The notes beneath the pieces are model-generated. The model saw only the letters and a list, made by a program, of their open reading frames with translations. It had not been told where the DNA came from and searched no databases. A DNA stretch of 61,991 nt, counting the filler, from Basidiobolus ranarum (lineage: Eukaryota), in the NCBI GenBank assembly GCA_040143965.1. It is 26 parts of 26 records of this genome, joined end to end, with 100 filler letters (N's around TTAATTAATTAA, not from the genome) between each part and the next. Parts side by side here need not be neighbours in the genome. Positions count along the whole stretch, not along the records: positions 23,930 to 26,220 come from JASJQH010010396.1; positions 26,321 to 28,610 come from JASJQH010010397.1; positions 28,711 to 30,999 come from JASJQH010010398.1; positions 31,100 to 33,388 come from JASJQH010010399.1; positions 33,489 to 35,775 come from JASJQH010010400.1; 21 more parts are not named here. One strand, given 5' to 3'. Below, one piece after another: positions 23,930 to 35,875 of the stretch. A program made the position numbers and the translations under genes. How positions within the stretch are numbered: the stretch's first letter is position 1; the number at the start of each line of letters is the position of its first letter.

Positions 23930-26220
23930 GTGGCTTATCCTGGGTTTTTGCAAGCAAATGGCAATGGTCTAATATAGGGCTGTTCATGAAACATCTCAAA
24001 AGTGTATGCAATTATTGACTTGTAAAAGAAAGAAAAGCAGCAAAAGAAGTATTCAAGGAAGAGGATGTTAGTAGACCCAAGGGAAAAGCAAAGGAGCCAG
24101 TGAGTTTAGGCTCTACTGTCCCACTAACCAAGTTCTTCACACCATTATAAAGATCTGTATTTCCCAGTCAGATATACCAGCAAAAAAGCTTAATTTCACC
24201 ATGAAAACAGACACACCAGCTGTAAGAGTGCTAAATTTGGAATCTTAACCAACACCTGACATCTCTCAGCAAGCCAAAGGACCAGCAAATTAAACCTACA
24301 GCTCTCCAACCTCTAGTGGAACTTTTCAAAGTGTTGACATTAGCCCCAAACTTAAAGGCAAGCAAAAATCCACACCAATGCTGCAAAGCACGTTCAGTAG
24401 TGTCACATTACAAGGATACATAAGAATAGCAAAAGTGCTTGAGAAGTATTTTCAAAAGTATGAAGGGAAAAATGCAGTGCAAGTATGCAAATAGTGGCTA
24501 CAGAAGAAGAACATTCCACTTGATATTCAGTCTGGTATTGCCATGTGGATATCTGGGAAGAACCCAATACAGAGAGGCACAATATTGCAGGGTATCTGCC
24601 CGATAGCTGGAAGAATGTTGATTCAGCAATGTTAATGTAATGGTGAGCTTTGAAGGAGATATTGATTCAAATTTGTGTTGGATATGAGTTGAGCTTTGGG
24701 TATGAAGAACTGTATAAAGATACTCAGGAGAATGTATCAAAGAAACTAAGGATTTTGAAGATGACAATTTAGCATTCAAGTGGTGCATGTGTAAAACTTG
24801 AGTTACAATTTTTACACATGTGTTGATCCATAGTTCTCGCAGATTATAGCCAATCATGTGCAACTATTATGTGAGATCTTGAAATTTCACTCCTGAAACT
24901 GAAAAAATGATTAAAATCAAATCTTACTTGAAAATTTTATGATGGTAAGTAGAAGGTCAATCCAAAATGGATTAATATTGTGACAGTTTTTCTGCATTAA
25001 CAATCCTCAAATTTCTGTTAGGGAATGTTTATTGGTCTTCTTCCACTTTTATCACAGTGAATTGGCAACTGTTGCTTGCCATAGACCTGGTTCAAGTGTA
25101 TATAACTTGTTAATTGTATGACTTATAATGCTTCAGTAATTAAACTACTTTCATGTCTAAATGGTTATTTGGCTTTCACCAGTGCTCTGAAAAACCTGAA
25201 GTCATGTACTGTTTGCACACAATTGGCAATCACTGACTCAGGTAAATATTGTTCAAATTTTGCTTATATATCCCCTAACAAAAATAAAAGCAATGTGATC
25301 TGGATTAGATTCATCCTTCTGGATCATAGTACTGTCAGAAAGCCATCACAATATTGGTGGCTTTCATTCTGCCAAGGATTTTGATGATGTGATGGTGGTT
25401 TTTTGATGGTATTTTGATGGTATACTTAGAAGTTAAATTTTGAGCCTCATATTGGGCATGGATTACTTAATTTCCAGCAATTTTTGCATAAAATATAATT
25501 TTCAAATGGCAAATTTCTGGGTTTAATGCTGTAGGAATTTGAAATAATATGCATGCCTTTATCTAAATATTTCAAGTCTGGTATTCCAGTCATAATGAGA
25601 ATCAAAAAATACAAGAATCTTGTTGGGTTTAGTCTCTACATCTTCAGATACTTGACTGGTCAGATACAACTTAGCAACATCAATATGGTTTACTACCACT
25701 CTAATGATGGAAAAATTGCTAAGCATCTGAAATATTGAATAGCACTGACACTTGGCAAATAGCTGATTCTTGTTACCATTCACAATGAGAGTAAGCTCTT
25801 AGATTTTGGCAAATTTCCGTAAAGAATTCAACCAAAATATCCCTTACTTGCAGTCAACAAATGTTCTGCCACAAGTAGATGTGTCATTGCTTGAATAGAT
25901 TACCATATGGCTAAAACACTAATACTGTGTATCTTGATCTATCTCACCAAGAAGTCTGTCTTGCAGTTTTCCTAGAAATACCATTAGATTGTCACACAAG
26001 CAAATTAGTCCAAATTATAGAGATACTTACTCTGTGTCCATGGATTGGGCTTTGTTGCTGTTATTGTGCCCAAACAATGTGAAAACCCATGAGCACATTG
26101 AAAAGAGCCCTTTGTTGGCAGGTTAATATACTCTGGAGTCTCCTTAACCCATTGCATTACATCCATCACTGATTTTGCTGATACATTGTTAATCAGATTA
26201 GCATATGGTAATACTGACAA
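23930..26220. mobile_element. Nested CACTA-like copies: ORF2 + terminus (to 25023), transposase N-terminal piece (25024-25272), reverse transposase-side end (25273-26220)
   Basis: Termini TTAGGG at 25023 and CCCTAACAAAAAT at 25273; internal homology to the other copies. Confidence 0.85.
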
Positions 26221-26320
26221 NNNNNNNNNNNNNNNNNNNNNNNNNNNNNNNNNNNNNNNNNNNNTTAATTAATTAANNNNNNNNNNNNNNNNNNNNNNNN
26301 NNNNNNNNNNNNNNNNNNNN

Positions 26321-26857
26321 GTCAATTTCCCCAGTGGTACTGGAAAATATTGCCAGCACAAGTAAAAGAATGTTAAAGGGATGCATAGTAGCGCGAACTA
26401 TCACACAATACCAATGAACCGGATTACTCTCAGTAACAGTGTTTTTTCCGTACTGTCTCTGAAAGCTTTGGACATCACTCCAAGACAATGGATAAAGAGT
26501 ATTTCCATCTATAACACCAAATGCCGGTTTAACAATGGTGCATACTTCAGGGATATGGAAATGGTCACTTGTATTTTTGTGCATTGTTGATTTTCGAGAA
26601 GTAAATGACAGAACACCTGCTATCTTTGATATTGAATGCAAGAACCCGGAAGTAGTTTCACCAGATATGGTATCACTTAGAAGGGCAGATCTAACGTCGG
26701 TAATAGATGTTCTATTCATTAGTATGAGAAAACTCCATTTCACTTTGATCGCTTTTATACTTGGGAGCCAGTTGTTAAGCATCTTCTTGAAGCCAGAGAT
26801 ATCCACTGACACTTCCCTAAACAGATAATTTCTAATGGGTGCTGTGAGCTCAGCCAA
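26321..26857 (-). CDS. N-terminal part of a P-type cation ATPase, most similar to MgtA-type (P3B) Mg2+ importers; cut by the contig end, true start probably in an upstream exon
   Basis: PLSWSDVQSFQRQYGKNTVTESNPVHWY.VIVRATMHPFNILLLVLAIFS..TG matches the Cation_ATPase_N pattern with MgtA-like NPFNxLL. A CTAAC...AG intron-like end lies just upstream, and CpGs are retained. Confidence 0.72.
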
Positions 26858-28230
26858 TGAGCGGACTTCAGCTTGTCACGTTAGAAAATTCAACTTTCTA
26901 ATTGTGTATATACATAGTAGAGTACAACCAGTGTATTGAAGGCTTCGATGGATCTGAGGATCATTTATCCCACTAGTGAAAATATTAGCTAATGGTAAAG
27001 TAGCACCATGAGTGATTCCCCAATCATGGCAAGATACAAATATAGCTTTCATCAACTAAATGCTGGATTTTTTATAAGCAAGTCTACATTAAATTGACCC
27101 TATTTTGTGATAGGTACTGAAGAAGCTTCTCTGAGTACTATTACAACAGACTCAAGACGGGTACTTCTCAAAACTCGAGCAGGTCAACACGAAATTGTCA
27201 GAAATAGTCACCTACCGCCCAATCTTCCAACTTAAGCTCAGAACGAATTCATTAATATATGAAGGCTACAAAGGACACAGATATCGACCATGGCTTGGTG
27301 CCACCATGGTAACACATTGTTATTTCCTTGATTGCGACTCCGCATATCTATTCATTAATATATAGGTGGTGTTATCGAGAAACTCCTCCGCATGTGATAA
27401 TTCCCATTGAAATCTACGAAATGAATTAGGCCCAGATGGTATGACGAATGCGAATGTCACAAAAGGTCCAAGTTATTCTTGAGATTTGCAAGCGTGCCAA
27501 ACTCTAATGACATGTGATGCAATCTTGCCTTTTCTGGACAGATCAGAGTTCCATAGTGTAACATTGGATGCAACAATTGAAATAAATCTCCTGTGACAGC
27601 AGTGAAATATCCAGTAACATTGTTGCATTTCAAAATGTTGAGAATAGCTTACTGCGGTCAATATCTAACAAGCATAGTATATCCATTATTGTAGTTGTGA
27701 TTTGAGGTCAATCCTTTGACCATCTCTATCAGGATTATCCGCCCATTTCAGAATTCTACCCCCTTGATATGCAACCAAATGTACCATTCAATTTGTATAT
27801 ATTAATCCAATAAACTTGGGCAAAAACCTTATCGGAATACATGGCATGAATATATGAATTCAATTCTCTATGTAAAAAAGCCGGCTAAATCCATATTTTT
27901 CTTCAAATACAGCATGACACAGTGTTAATATTCAGAAATAGTATCAGCAATGAAAGGAGTTTTGTTGCTCAATCATAGATCCTAATACAGATAATTATAG
28001 AGGCATAAGACCAGTCTGTTTTCTCATTATGCCTCTACACACCCATCATCATTATTTCTAAATATTATTAGAACCAAGTCTCTAATCTAACATTGATTTG
28101 CTGCTAATATTTGGTCTGATAAGTGTTTTACTATTTTGAGTATTGTAAAGAAAAAGAATTGCAGAATACTCTTTCATCCTTTTGAATATTTGCTTGCAAG
28201 GACTATATTTGTAAGAAAGCAGGGTAGATC

Positions 28231-28610
28231 TTGTTAAAGTATTTGGGAGCCTGTTGGAAGTAGTTTTGAGAATTAGAGAAATTGGTGGTTTTCACTTATT
28301 GATTTATTGAGTAGAAAGTTGACATATACAATTTTGTCAGGATGTAAGCAAACCAAGAAGTAGTATGTCCTCTTATATGCTGAAATTAGAAGCATTTTCA
28401 GTTCTCTGAAGACTTACAGCAGCCATGGAACTCGAACAAAGACTCTAAATGAATAGAACACTTGTTGGGGGTTGCTAATGTTAAAGTATTTGGGAGCCCG
28501 TTGGAAGTGGTTTGGAGAATTAGAGGAATTGGTGGTTTTCACTTATTGATTTATTGAGTAGAAAGTTGACATTTATAGTTTTGTCAAGATGTAAACAAAC
28601 TAGCATGTAG
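28231..28610 (-). mobile_element. Two partial reverse copies of the 349-bp Copia LTR
   Basis: TGTTAAAGTATTTGGGAGCC at about 28231 and about 28479. Confidence 0.85.
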
Positions 28611-29229
28611 NNNNNNNNNNNNNNNNNNNNNNNNNNNNNNNNNNNNNNNNNNNNTTAATTAATTAANNNNNNNNNNNNNNNNNNNNNNNNNNNNNNNNNN
28701 NNNNNNNNNNAAATGGTGGGTATGGGAAGCATTCAAAAAAGTCTACAAAGTGCCAAAGACTAGTGACTAATGGACATAATAATGCCTCTTTTGTCCTACT
28801 GGTTTCGTCTCTTTTGCCCTACTGGTTCGGGTTCATTTTTGTTCAAAACAAAGCTATTTCTGCTTCATCTTAATTTGTTATCATAGCTATTTTAACTTTT
28901 ATTAAAATCAATAGTTGAACTCTTAATGAATGTCTCGTCCAAGCAAACAAAGAGTAAAACAAAACTTCAATTTCAATCCGATGCGATATCTCCGACTGGT
29001 GTGCTCTCAATACTCACGCGACTTTTTGGACAAATTCATTTTCAATAGGATATTTTAGTATTCATATTTATAACAGATCACAGAATAGCCTGTTAGATCA
29101 TATATTGTGCTAAATACGTACAAACTTCTGGATTCAAAGTAACACAACCACTGGCGCTAGTGAAGAGTAGAAGCAACTAGAGTATTCTATATGGTTGGAA
29201 GATTAGACTAATAATAGGGTTGAAATTGA

Positions 29230-30999
29230 AGGGGAGGCTACGAAGTGGTAAAGACTGCTTGCAAACGATGAAAGGTATGGCAAGGATATGGTGCTAAGAA
29301 ATGAGGGGTATGGGAAATACTTAAAGGAGTGTATATGGAGAGCTAAAGACCATTTACAAATGATGAAGAGTATGGTGCCACAAACGACGGGTATAGGAAA
29401 CATTTGAAGGAAAGCCTATAAAGTGGTAAAGAAGTGCAAAAGACTACTGAAAACGACGAAGGGTATGGTGATAACAAACAACTGGTACAGAAAACACTTA
29501 AAAGAGAGTCTGGGCAGTGCTGAAGGCTACTGACAAGTGATGAAAGGTATAGTGCCAAGAAATGACAACTATGGATAACACTTAGAGTCTACGAGCAGCG
29601 AAAGACCACTGCTAAATGCCAAAGGGTATGGTGCCAAGAAACGGCAGGTATGTAAGTTAAGACTACTGACAAATGACGAAGCATATGGTGCCAAGAAACC
29701 ACTGGTACGGGGAACACTTAAATAAAAGTTTATACAGTGCTAATGACCACTGACAAATGACAAAGGGTATGGTGATAACAAACGCCCGGTTTGGGAAAGA
29801 CTTAAAGGAGAGTTTATAAAGTGCCTAAGACTACTGGAAGATGATAATGAGCATAGTGCCAGGAATAAGGGGTGTGAAAAACACTTAAAGAAGAATTTAC
29901 GTAGTGCTAGAGGCTACTGGAAAATGGAACCTATACAGTGCGAGGACTATTGGAAAATATTGAAGGGTATGGTGCCAAGAAACGATGAGTATGGGAAACA
30001 CTTAAAAGAGAGTCTAGAAACAATGGGTTTGGAAACGCTTATAGTTGAGTTCAAAAGGTGCTAGAGACAACTTACATATGACAAATTATATGGTGCCGTG
30101 AAAAGACGGGTATGGATAACATTCAAGGAAGAGTCTACAAAGTGCGAAAGAATACTGCTGAGTGACAAAGGGTATGGTACCAAGAAACGAGGGGTATGGG
30201 AAAATCTTACTGACAAATGACAAAAGGTATGAGCCAATAAACAAGCGGTATGGAAAACACTAAAAGGAGAGTCTACGCAGTGCTAAAGACTGCTAACCAA
30301 AGGTGAAAGGTATGATGTCTATAAACAAGCGGTATGGGACACACTCAAAAGAGAATCCACGCAGTGCTATATGGTGCCAAGAAACCACTGGTATGGGAAA
30401 CACTAAAACCAAAGTTTATACAGTGCTAACGGCCATTTACAAATGATGAAGGGTATGGTGACAACAAACAATGAGTATGAAGAACACTTAAAAAAGAGTT
30501 TATGTAATGCTAAAAACCACCGATAAGTGACAAAGAGTATGGTGCCAAGAAACGATGGATTTGGAAAGCACTTAACGTAGAGTCAACAAAGCGCTGGGAA
30601 ACATTTAAAGCAGATGCTACAAAGTGCAAACACCTATTGACAAAAGACAAAAGTATGGTGCCAAGAACCAAGCGGTATGGGAAACACTTAAAGAAGAGTT
30701 TGTAAAGTGCTTAAGACTAGTGAAAAATGACAAAGAGTAAGGTGACAACAAACGAAGGGTAGGGGAACACTTACTGGATAGTCAACAAAGTGCTAAAGTT
30801 AACTGACAAATGATAAAGGGTATGATCATAACAAACTTTAGGCGTGGGAACCACTTAAAAAAGAGTCTACGAAGTGTAAAGACTGCTCACAAGTGACAAA
30901 GGGTATGGTGATAACCAACGGCAGGTATGGGAAACACTTGAAAGAGAGTTTACGAGTCTTAAGGACTGCTGCAAACAACGGGTATGACCAACACTTTAA
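29230..30999. repeat. Diverged tandem satellite, 84-bp unit, about 20 copies, plus one detached unit at 28711-28770
   Basis: Consensus read by eye: GTATGGGAAACACTTAAAAGAGAGTCTACAAAGTGCTAAAGACTACTGACAAATGACAAAGGGTATGGTGCCAAGAAACGACGG. Period 84 measured at 30108->30192 and 30676->30760. Confidence 0.92.
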
Positions 31000-31099
31000 N
31001 NNNNNNNNNNNNNNNNNNNNNNNNNNNNNNNNNNNNNNNNNNNTTAATTAATTAANNNNNNNNNNNNNNNNNNNNNNNNNNNNNNNNNNNNNNNNNNNN

Positions 31100-32880
31100 T
31101 TTGAAGGTGACAAATTAGCATTCAAGTGGTAAACATGTAACAGGTGAGTTACGTTTTTTGCACATGTGGTGATCCATAGTTTGCTGAAATTGTAGCCAAT
31201 CATGTGCAACTATTTTGGGAGATCTTGAAATTTCACTCCTGAAACTGAAAAATTTGATTAAAATCAAACCTAACTTGATGATTTCATGATGGTAAGTAAA
31301 CAGTCAGTCCCAAATGGCTTAAAATTGTGTCTGTTTTGCTACAAATACAATCCTCAAGTATCTTTTAGGGTTCAAAGCAGCTAGTCAATAGCTAGAGAGT
31401 CACTGAACAATGATACCAGACCTTCAGAATGCTGTACTCAAGCCATAGCAACATGCTCCTCCTTCCATCCTTTCTCATATGGAATTTAAATCAACCCCAC
31501 ACCATATATATGAACATCACCATGATAATTGAGCAGAGCAGAATAAGTTTTGGACCATAAAGCCCACACAATGACCCAAAATTGGGCACATGAAAGTAAA
31601 ATCTTATAGGAAAACTGGCAAACCAAAAAACTCTGAATGTCAGAGCTGCATCACTTGCTCTGACAATGAGTGGTTTAACATTTTGGAAACTGTGCAGAAT
31701 ATTGCCTGAAATCACCTGGATTTGAGTCAATTGTGCAAAAACTAAAAGCCAGGTGCTACTCCAAAGTTCCTTGACTTATTTCATGTACCTAATCCTGGGT
31801 TGTTTCAAGCAGATGGCAATTGGGCTAGTATAGGCTTAATCATGAAACATCTCAAAAATGTATGCAATTATCACCTTAGAAAAGAAAGAAGAGCAGCTAA
31901 AGAAGTACTCAAGGAGCAGGAAGGTAGTAAACCCAACGGAAAAGCAAAGAAGCCAGCAAGTTTTGGCTCTACTGTCCCACTTACTAAATTCTTCACACCA
32001 TTAGAAAGATCTGCATATTCAGAGTCAGATACACTGACAAAAAAGCTTAATTTCACCACAGAACCAGGTACACCAGTTGGAAAAGTGCTAAATATATATG
32101 TTTTTCCAATACCCAGCATCTCTCAACAAGCCCTGGCATCAGCAAATGAAACTCACAGCTCTCCAACCTCAACTGCTACTTTTCAAAGTGTTGAAATTAG
32201 CCCCAATGTTAAAGGCAAGCAAAAAGCTGCACAAACACCGCAAAGCACCTTCAGTAGTTTACACTACAAGGATGTACAAAAATATTTAAAGTGCTTGAGG
32301 AGTATTTTCAATAGAATGAAGGGTAAAACACAGTGCAATTATGCAGAAAGTGGCTTCAAAAGAAGAACATTCAACATGACAATCAGTCTGGTATTGACCA
32401 TGCAGAGATCTGGGAAGAACTTAATACAGAGTGGCACAATATTGCAGGGTATCTGCCAGATAGCTGGAACAATGTTTATCAGGAACATTAATACAATGGT
32501 GGGTTTTGATGGAGATATTAACACAAAATCATGTTGGGTATGAGCTAGACCTAGGGTATGAAGAACTCTATAAAAATATTCCGGAGAATATATCAAGGAG
32601 ATTAGGAATTTCAAAGGTAACACATTAGTATTCAAGTGGTACATGTGTATAATCTTAGTTATATTTTTTGCACCTGTGTTGATCCACAGTTCTCTGAGAA
32701 TGTAGCCAATCATGTGCAACTATTTTTCAAGATCTCAAAATTTCACTCCCAAAACTGAAAAATTTGATAGAAATCAAATCTTACTTGATGATTTTATGAT
32801 GGTAAGCATACTGTCAATCCCAAATGGATTAAAATTGTGATGGTTTTCCTACAATAACAATCCTCAAATATCTGTTAGGG
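31100..32880 (+). mobile_element. CACTA-like terminus (to 31370) followed by a second ORF2 copy with terminus (to 32880)
   Basis: TTAGGG ends at 31370 and 32880; ORF 31800-32543. Confidence 0.88.
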
Positions 32881-33388
32881 ATTATCCATACTGATAATTG
32901 AGAGGAATATATCTCAAAATCTGTTCTAACTTCTGCTGTACACATGGGATGAAACAATAGACTACAGTCCCATATTTGCCACAGCAGAATGAAGCAACAG
33001 AACATGCAAACAGATAAACCATGGAAAAGGCAAGATCAATGCTTCATAATTAAGATTTACCAAAACAGTTCTGGGCTGAATTGGTTGCAACGGCTGTATA
33101 TATTAGGAATAGGTATCCTTCTAGGTCTCTATTGGCTATGGCACCTTATCAAGCTTGGTTTGGAAGTAAACCTGATGTGGCTAATCTTAGAGTTTTTGGA
33201 AGTACCACCTATGCAATGATTCCAGACCAGAAGAGAACAGAATTAGACCAAAAAGCCCAAAACATCTTTTTTTGGGATATTGTGATGGAACAACAGGGTA
33301 CAGATTATATAGCACTGAAAATAAGAGGCTAATCAAATCAAGGGATGTGGAATTTGCTAAAGAAGAAAATTTTCAATCAAAAGAATCC
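32881..33388 (+). pseudogene. Copia integrase core C-terminus
   Basis: IIHTDN..EY..TVPYLPQQN..FWAELVATAVYIRNR.P..PYQAWFGSKPDVANLRVFGS. Confidence 0.9.
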
Positions 33389-33565
33389 NNNNNNNNNNNN
33401 NNNNNNNNNNNNNNNNNNNNNNNNNNNNNNNNTTAATTAATTAANNNNNNNNNNNNNNNNNNNNNNNNNNNNNNNNNNNNNNNNNNNNAAAAGCATTAAC
33501 CTGGAATATCAAGCAATATCACGTAATCCAACTTCTTCACTTTAAATTAAATCATAAGCATAACT

Positions 33566-34081
33566 ATGAGATTCACTCTTGTAACTGTCGCTTTAGTCAC
33601 CTGTATGGCTCCAGTTTACCAAGCTTCCGTCAGTTTGGATGGGAGATGTGGGAATGGGGTTGATTGTCCAACTGGAACATGTTGCTCCACTTGGGGCTTC
33701 TGTGGTACTGGATCATCTTACTGTGGTGGTAGCGGAAATAGTGGAGCTAACGATAATAACAACGACAATAGTGGTGGAAGCAGTGGCAATGGGAATGGTG
33801 GTGGTAACAGTGATGGCAATGGTAGTAATGATAGCCAAACACCACATAGCGAGCCCAACCCCGATAATTCTCAACCAAGTCCAGCACCAACCCAACAAGG
33901 TGGTGATGGGAATAACGCTGGAAGTACACCACAGCAACCGATGGCAACGACTCCAGTAGCTGCCAATCCAGAACCAACTCCAAGCAATAACAACAAACCA
34001 AATGGAGGGGAATCTCTTTTCAATTCGCTCACACTACTTAGTGGAGTAGCAATCGTCTATACTGGATATTGGAATTATTAA
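33566..34081 (+). CDS. Secreted, probably GPI-anchored hevein-type (CBM18/chitin-binding type 1) protein
   Basis: Signal peptide, DGRCGNGVDCPTGTCCSTWGFCGTGSSYCG, G/N/S/P-rich stalk and hydrophobic C-terminus. The ORF is intact. Confidence 0.92.
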   Translation: MRFTLVTVALVTCMAPVYQASVSLDGRCGNGVDCPTGTCCSTWGFCGTGSSYCGGSGNSGANDNNNDNSGGSSGNGNGGGNSDGNGSNDSQTPHSEPNPDNSQPSPAPTQQGGDGNNAGSTPQQPMATTPVAANPEPTPSNNNKPNGGESLFNSLTLLSGVAIVYTGYWNY

Positions 34082-34697
34082 CTTGAAATGACACTAAGCC
34101 TATAATCGAACATCATCAAAGTGACACTTTTAATAAATCGCTCACTTGATCTACTTGGCTTACCAATGAAATGATTCTCAAAGAAGTAGAAACTTTGAAA
34201 GATCTACTTAACACTATATATTGATCCTGCTTTACTTATATTATTGTCAAACTACCATTATATACCATAATAATACTGTATTCCTTTAAAACGCTATGTT
34301 GCCCTTGCATTATATTCTTCAAGAATATTGGAAAGAGTCACTCTATGTATATACAAATTTTATACAATTTCAGATTTACCTTTTTATATTGTGTAATACA
34401 AATTATTCAGTATATTATTATTTGTTGCACGCCAAAAAGAATTTAGCATTGATCAGGTTATTTAATTAATGCGTATTGATAAAACTAGGCATATTTTCAT
34501 TAAAACAATATACCCTGATAGAGCCTTAACAGAATGAAACTAACTGAACGAATAACATTCACGTAATAATCCAGACAGTCATTGCATGATTAAATCTGGA
34601 GTAAACACGATTGCTTCATGCACAGCCTACTACTATAACGGAGAATGCACATGTGATCTCGTTAATAATATTACCTGATTGAATAGTGTACTTTATT

Positions 34698-34922
34698 TTA
34701 GAAAGTCAAGCTTGCTACACTTATCGAGATAAATTGGGGACTGCTGCTAAATAACAGAAGGCTGGGTGTAGCTCCTTTTAGATCAGTCAAAACATCTTTA
34801 GTAGCAGCTGAAGTTAAAGCAGCGTAAACTTGCTGTGGAGTGGGCACCTGTCCCTCAGCCAAAAGTAATGCTGCAATGCCAGCGACATGAGGACTAGCCA
34901 TACTGGTACCAGAGAGCTTTTT
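34698..34922 (-). pseudogene. C-terminal fragment of a subtilisin (S8, proteinase K-like) protease
   Basis: LSGTSMASPHVAGIAALLL contains the catalytic Ser motif. No upstream S8 exons are recognisable within the contig. Confidence 0.88.
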
Positions 34923-35084
34923 GCTAACCCTAACCCTAAACTCAGACGATTGCAAAAAATAATTAGACAACCATAGAAAACTAATCTAATGAATGTCAAC
35001 AGTAAAACTAGACGTATATATTGAGGAATTTACATTTGACAGAAATATGAGTTACATTATCATAAAGCGAATCAAATAGAAGCA

Positions 35085-35775
35085 AGTTTTTGTGACTACA
35101 GACTTTTTCGTGAAGTCTTTTTGTCTCTTGTTGACAAACGGGTCTGAGATGGAAGTACGACTGGCAAATCCCAGCTTTCAGCCAAAGTGCGTCAGGCAAG
35201 AGAGAAAATAAACATTTATAAAGAAGAATATTGCCAACTTGCTTCCTATGCACCTATTAAATTGGTGAATGCTTAACAAGTAGCAATTTATGAAAGCACC
35301 AACATTCATACCACCTACATTAATAATGTAGCTCTTCACTTTGGAAATCGTCTCGGAATGTTTCTAAACAAAGTTTTACAAAAAAAAAAAAAAGATCAAG
35401 CGGACTCAAGATATGAAAAACAACAGCCGCTCAGAAGAGGAAATAAAAACTTCAGTCAAAGCCAATATACTTGATGTTCGCAATATAATTAAAGCAGAAA
35501 TATCTTCAAGAACTGTACCAACTGCCCCAGCAAATTTCTTGGATGACATGGCTGTGCATCAAATTCAGAACTTTTTGAATGTTTACCCAGACAATTATAA
35601 ATTTGCAAAGGGCTCTGTTTACTACAATGCCAAAGCAAACCTGCTGCAGCATTTACACCCATTTTATATGCTCGCAAAAATATGTGAAGATAATAATATG
35701 AAATCATTTAACTACTTCACACTGCGAAAAGGCTTTATCCCTTCTTATATGACAATAGATACTAAGATCTTGAAC
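35085..35775 (+). pseudogene. Fanzor1 (eukaryotic TnpB-derived RNA-guided endonuclease) N-terminal/central region; disrupted and cut by the contig end before RuvC
   Basis: DFFV/EVFLSLVDKR..YKEEYCQLASYAPIKLVNA*QVAIYES..YINNVALHFGNRLGMFLNK, then a poly-A frameshift, then ..YPDNYKFAKGSVYYNAKAN.LQHL..FY.LAKICE...KSFNYFTLRKGFIPSYMTIDTKILN. These motifs are recalled from fungal Fanzor1 proteins. Confidence 0.8.
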
Positions 35776-35875
35776 NNNNNNNNNNNNNNNNNNNNNNNNN
35801 NNNNNNNNNNNNNNNNNNNTTAATTAATTAANNNNNNNNNNNNNNNNNNNNNNNNNNNNNNNNNNNNNNNNNNNN

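Noticed and set aside
29230-30999. CRISPR array or 28-aa repeat protein
   Set aside because: The whole unit is repeated with no unique spacers, no cas genes are present, and the consensus has stops in all six frames.
33639-34001. Overlapping ORFs including a His/Cys/Tyr-rich peptide
   Set aside because: They are alternative-frame shadows of the low-complexity G/N/S linker of the CBM18 gene.
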